Positions 16,825 through 20,000 of a stretch of DNA of 20,000 nt are shown here, one piece after another; positions within the stretch are counted from its first letter, which is position 1; every line of letters starts with the position of its first letter. The DNA is taken from IMG/VR virus record IMGVR_UViG_3300016474_001145, positions 51,808 to 71,807 of that record; one strand, 5' to 3'. The position numbers and the translations under genes are program-made. The notes beneath the pieces were generated by a model, which saw only the letters and a program-made list of their open reading frames with translations, searched no databases and was not told where the DNA came from. Source of the DNA: an uncultured virus (IMG/VR IMGVR_UViG_3300016474_001145) (Duplodnaviria > Heunggongvirae > Uroviricota > Caudoviricetes).

Positions 16825-16947
16825 GAGTAGGAAGTAACTGTGAGCCGACTTGGTGAGGTTGCAGACTAAAGATCAACTTCGACCGCGTAGATAGTCCGGA
16901 CTATCGTTTGAAACGGAAGATGCATCCATCCCCTGCCCTACTGGCCA
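16822..16947 (+). ncRNA. Unidentified CCA-ending structured RNA between cassettes B and C
   Basis: Terminal stem GGUGAGUAGG/CCUACUGGCC then A; internal palindrome GATAGTCCGGACTATC. Confidence 0.45.
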
Positions 16948-17031
16948 TATTGAAGCACATACAGTTCCGCCCGATAGTAAGGGAGATAGCGACTAGCGTT
17001 GAAGGACTGTTTAAGTGTGTTTCAATATGGT
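16944..17031 (+). ncRNA. Conserved-stem cassette C
   Basis: gccatattgaagcacat/gtgtgtttcaatatggt, 17 bp with G-U pairs, enclosing 54 nt. Confidence 0.65.
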
Positions 17032-17077
17032 CTAGGAGTAATTAACCTGTACCATAGTCGGAAGTCATGACTCCGGC

Positions 17078-17212
17078 GATCCGTGGTAGTGTAATGGATA
17101 ACACGCAGCGAGGCGTGGGTTCGAGTCCCACCTGCTCCATCGGGGCAGTAGCTTAGAGGTTAGAGTGCAGCGAAATGAGGGTTTCGAAATCCCTCCCACA
17201 ATGGATCAACCA
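17078..17212 (+). ncRNA. Anticodon-less double-elbow tRNA-like RNA
   Basis: Two D-arms, two T-arms, two acceptor-like stems, no anticodon loop, 3' ACCA. Confidence 0.7.
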
Positions 17213-17225
17213 TAAATATGGTTAA

Positions 17226-17867
17226 ATGAAACAACACCGTATAGCGTTATTTCACAATCATCCGGAGTGCAGTGTAGAGTGTGCTCATGGCATCTTAAGA
17301 TCATTAAGTATGGCATTCGATGTCGACGTAATTAATAGAGATGAATTGACTGATGCTATACTGAGTAAGTATAAGATGATAGCTTTTCCTGGAGGCATAG
17401 GTGACAGTAATAGGTACTATAAATTATTAGCTGATAAACAAGATGTAATACAAAATCAAATTGCTAAAGGAAAACGATATCTTGGTATTTGCATGGGAGC
17501 TTATTGGGCCGGGCCTCATTACTTCAATATACTAGAAGACGTTAATCCTGTACAATATATAAAAAGACCTAATGCTGAGACAAATAGAAGTTATGGTACG
17601 GTTGTTAATGTTACGTGGAACGGACATGATGAAGAAATGTTTTTCTATGATGGTTGCAGTCTATTAGGTGATACTAATAAGTTTGAAACTATTGCTACTT
17701 ATAGTAATGGTGATCCAGCAGCAATCATACAAAAGAATATTGGAGTTATTGGTCCTCATCCAGAGAGTGATATTTACTGGTATAAGAAAAAATTCTTAAA
17801 GCCATATTGGCATGAGTACAGACATCATCAATTATTACTTAAATTTGTTAAACGATTAATGAGATAG
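17226..17867 (+). CDS. Class I glutamine amidotransferase-like (BPL_N-like) protein
   Basis: FPGG, YLGICMGAY nucleophile elbow and GPHPE catalytic triad motifs. Confidence 0.8.
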   Translation: MKQHRIALFHNHPECSVECAHGILRSLSMAFDVDVINRDELTDAILSKYKMIAFPGGIGDSNRYYKLLADKQDVIQNQIAKGKRYLGICMGAYWAGPHYFNILEDVNPVQYIKRPNAETNRSYGTVVNVTWNGHDEEMFFYDGCSLLGDTNKFETIATYSNGDPAAIIQKNIGVIGPHPESDIYWYKKKFLKPYWHEYRHHQLLLKFVKRLMR

Positions 17868-17939
17868 CCCTCCAAGTTAATCTAGTGAAAGCATACGCCT
17901 GAAGAGCGTGGGAGTCTGGGGCGTAACCAGAAGAGGGCA
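17867..17939 (+). tRNA. tRNA-Phe(GAA), divergent, CCA not encoded
   Basis: GCCCTC/GAGGGC acceptor, TACGC-CTGAAGA-GCGTG arm, T-loop GGCGTAA, ends A-CTA. Confidence 0.72.
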
Positions 17940-18028
17940 CTAAACATATGAATAAATATTTTATCTTTTTCAATAATCTTTATTCGGATACAAAGTTCAC
18001 TATTGTAGAACTTTTGTTTATAGTTTGC

Positions 18029-18057
18029 TTGATATCTTATACATTATACAATATAAT
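18029..18057 (+). promoter_or_regulatory. Sigma70-type promoter before tRNA-Pro
   Basis: TTGATA-17-TATAAT. Confidence 0.65.
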
Positions 18058-18067
18058 TAGTTATTAC

Positions 18068-18144
18068 CGGGGTGTAGCTTAGCCTGTTAAAGCGCCTGTT
18101 TTGGGAACAGGAGACCGAAAGTTAGAATCTTTCCATCCCGACCA
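18068..18144 (+). tRNA. tRNA-Pro(TGG)
   Basis: C1-G72, A73; CCTGT-TTTGGGA-ACAGG arm; CCA end. Confidence 0.9.
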
Positions 18145-18177
18145 CCTCTTTTATATTTCTACATACCATCTCAAAAG

Positions 18178-18570
18178 ATGATTAAAATTATAGTAAATGG
18201 TACTTTTGACATTATTCACGTTGGACATTTGAAATTATTGGCCTATGCTAAATCTCTTGGCACATTTCTAACTGTAGCCATAGATACAGATGAAAGAGTT
18301 AGAAGTAATAAGGGCAATTCTAGACCAGTAAACAATGAGTATGAACGTAAAACAATGTTGGAATTTTTAAAACCAGTTGATAATGTAATTCTATTTTCCA
18401 ATGACCAAGAATTAATAGATATCATTAAACAAAATGATATCATGGTCAAGGGTTCAGATTACCAAGGTAAATTTATAATTGGCGAAGAATTTTGTAAACA
18501 AATAATTTATTATGACAGAATCGAGGAATATTCAACAACGAAAAAAATTCGAAATATTATTACTAGGTGA
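18178..18570 (+). CDS. Cytidylyltransferase-family nucleotidyltransferase, HldE/RfaE domain II-like
   Basis: NGTFDIIHVGH (HxGH), KG...RP, VKGSDY and YSTT motifs. Confidence 0.85.
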   Translation: MIKIIVNGTFDIIHVGHLKLLAYAKSLGTFLTVAIDTDERVRSNKGNSRPVNNEYERKTMLEFLKPVDNVILFSNDQELIDIIKQNDIMVKGSDYQGKFIIGEEFCKQIIYYDRIEEYSTTKKIRNIITR

Positions 18571-19273
18571 TAACTGTATAGACGTATACCAATATGGGTA
18601 CGTTGATCGCATAAGTCCAGAAGCACCAGTACCAGTATTTAGATTAGATAAGGAAGAATCCAGGCCTGGTATGGCTGGAAATGTTCGTGCCAATCTAATT
18701 CAGTTGGGATGCAATGTAAATTTTGTACATGGTAAGACATCTACAAAGACCAGACTAATAGACATCAGAAGCAAACAACATATAGTTAGAATAGATAATG
18801 ATGTCTTGTCTGAATCAATTAACCTATTGACTACATATCTATACGATGCAATCGTTATCAGTGATTACAACAAAGGTACCATTTCTCTTGACCTAATAAA
18901 AGAGATACGACAAGATTTCAATGGTCCTATTTTTGTTGATACTAAGAAAACTGATTTAAAAGAATTACAAGACTGTATAGTAAAAATTAATGCTTTAGAA
19001 TATTCTTTACTTAAATCTGAATGTGAGAATCTTATTGTCACATTGGGAAGCGAAGGTGTTAGATACAGAGATAAAATTTTTTCAGCTGTACCCATAGAAG
19101 TTGTGGATACGTGTGGTGCAGGCGATACTTTTCTAGCAGCACTTTGTTACGGATTTTTAACTAATCATGATATGATCAAAGCAATAAAATTTGCTAATAA
19201 GGCCGCTGCCATAACAGTACAACACAGCGGAGTATATTCTCCGACATTAGAACAAATTGCGGGTATGATGTAA
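18512..19273 (+). CDS. PfkB-family sugar kinase, HldE/RfaE domain I-like
   Basis: RISPEAPVPV, ISDYNKG and DTCGAGDTF motifs. Confidence 0.87.
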   Translation: MTESRNIQQRKKFEILLLGDNCIDVYQYGYVDRISPEAPVPVFRLDKEESRPGMAGNVRANLIQLGCNVNFVHGKTSTKTRLIDIRSKQHIVRIDNDVLSESINLLTTYLYDAIVISDYNKGTISLDLIKEIRQDFNGPIFVDTKKTDLKELQDCIVKINALEYSLLKSECENLIVTLGSEGVRYRDKIFSAVPIEVVDTCGAGDTFLAALCYGFLTNHDMIKAIKFANKAAAITVQHSGVYSPTLEQIAGMM

Positions 19274-19332
19274 TGGTAACCTGAATCCTTGCCAAGGATT
19301 ATTTGCGAGTTCGATTCTCGCTACCCGCTCCA
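19259..19332 (+). tRNA. tRNA-Gly(GCC)
   Basis: GCGGGTA/TACCCGC acceptor, AATCC-TTGCCAA-GGATT arm, U73, CCA. Confidence 0.9.
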
Positions 19333-19340
19333 TTTAATTT

Positions 19341-19416
19341 GCCGAGTTAGCTCAGTTGGTAGAGCGGCACGTTTACACCGTGTAGGTCGGGAGTTCGAGA
19401 CTCTCACTCGGTACCA
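19341..19416 (+). tRNA. tRNA-Val(TAC)
   Basis: GCACG-TTTACAC-CGTGT arm; A73; CCA end. Confidence 0.92.
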
Positions 19417-19427
19417 AAGGAATAAAA

Positions 19428-20000
19428 ATGTCAGCAACATTTCTCACAGCAGATCCTCACTTCGGTCACGAAGGTGTGTGCAGATTTCTTCGTAAAGACG
19501 GAACAAAACTTCGCCCATGGAATTCAGCAGAAGAAATGGATGAAGCTATGGTAAAACTCTGGAATGAAACTGTAAGTAAAAATGATAAAGTCTACATGCT
19601 TGGTGATATCGTCATCAACCGAAAAGCGTTACCTACACTTAGTAGACTTAATGGAGACAAGATTCTAATAAGAGGCAATCACGACATATTTAAACTAGGA
19701 GATTACTCTAAATACTTTAGAGATATTAGAGCTACTCATATTATGAAAGGTCTTATTTGCACTCATATTCCTATACACCCAGACAGCCTTGCTAGATTTG
19801 GATGTAATGTGCATGGACATCTGCACGAAAAACGAGTTATGCGTAATGACGAAATAGATAATAGATACATTTGTGTTAGTGTCGAGCATACAGAGTTCAA
19901 ACCTATTTCTTTAGAAGATCTTAGAGATAGAATTTTAAAGCAAGGTGGTGAATTGGAAATGCGAGGTGTTTCATCTTGGTGTGACATGCAACCTAGTTAG
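19428..20000 (+). CDS. Calcineurin-like metallophosphoesterase
   Basis: DPHFGH, LGD, GNHD and HGHLH motifs; AAGGA RBS. Confidence 0.88.
   Translation: MSATFLTADPHFGHEGVCRFLRKDGTKLRPWNSAEEMDEAMVKLWNETVSKNDKVYMLGDIVINRKALPTLSRLNGDKILIRGNHDIFKLGDYSKYFRDIRATHIMKGLICTHIPIHPDSLARFGCNVHGHLHEKRVMRNDEIDNRYICVSVEHTEFKPISLEDLRDRILKQGGELEMRGVSSWCDMQPS

Noticed and set aside
14241..17031. CRISPR array interpretation of the ccatattgaagcaca repeats
   Set aside because: Copies are paired inverted arms with irregular spacing, not regular repeat-spacer units; no cas genes.
17078..17212. tmRNA or two ordinary tRNAs
   Set aside because: No tag reading frame or pseudoknot region, too short for tmRNA, and no anticodon loops.
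17948..18082. 44-aa hydrophobic ORF (MNKYFIFFNN...)
   Set aside because: No clear RBS, AT-rich, overlaps a promoter and tRNA-Pro; cannot be supported, though not excluded.
14320..19495. ORFs 14320-14529, 16260-16448, 16366-16626, 16685-16876 and 19289-19495
   Set aside because: They overlap tRNAs or structured RNAs and have no RBS or protein-like features.

Overview
A 20-kb segment of an AT-rich T4-like (myovirus-type) phage genome. Left (549-6195): a leftward operon under a T4-late-type promoter, with two signal-peptide proteins (one with Asn/Thr-rich repeats), a membrane-anchored coiled-coil protein, a conserved hypothetical and a thermonuclease-like gene. Centre (6358-11858): the replication core gp43 DNA polymerase, uvsX, two small paralogues in the gene-40 position and gp41 helicase, followed by small early genes with consensus sigma70 promoters. 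Right (13850-20000): about 20 tRNA genes covering 18 amino acids, interspersed with a GIY-YIG homing endonuclease, a GATase-like gene, split HldE-like (ADP-heptose) genes, a metallophosphoesterase and several unexplained structured RNAs. The best candidate for a new system is an unannotated 33-codon leader peptide containing all 20 amino acids, set in a terminator/antiterminator switch just upstream of the tRNA array: an apparent pan-tRNA-sensing attenuator. Also notable are an anticodon-less 'double-elbow' tRNA fusion RNA, three copies of a conserved 17-19-bp stem enclosing different RNA cargos, and a rearranged tRNA-Tyr-like RNA. All RNA structures were folded by eye and no database searches were run.
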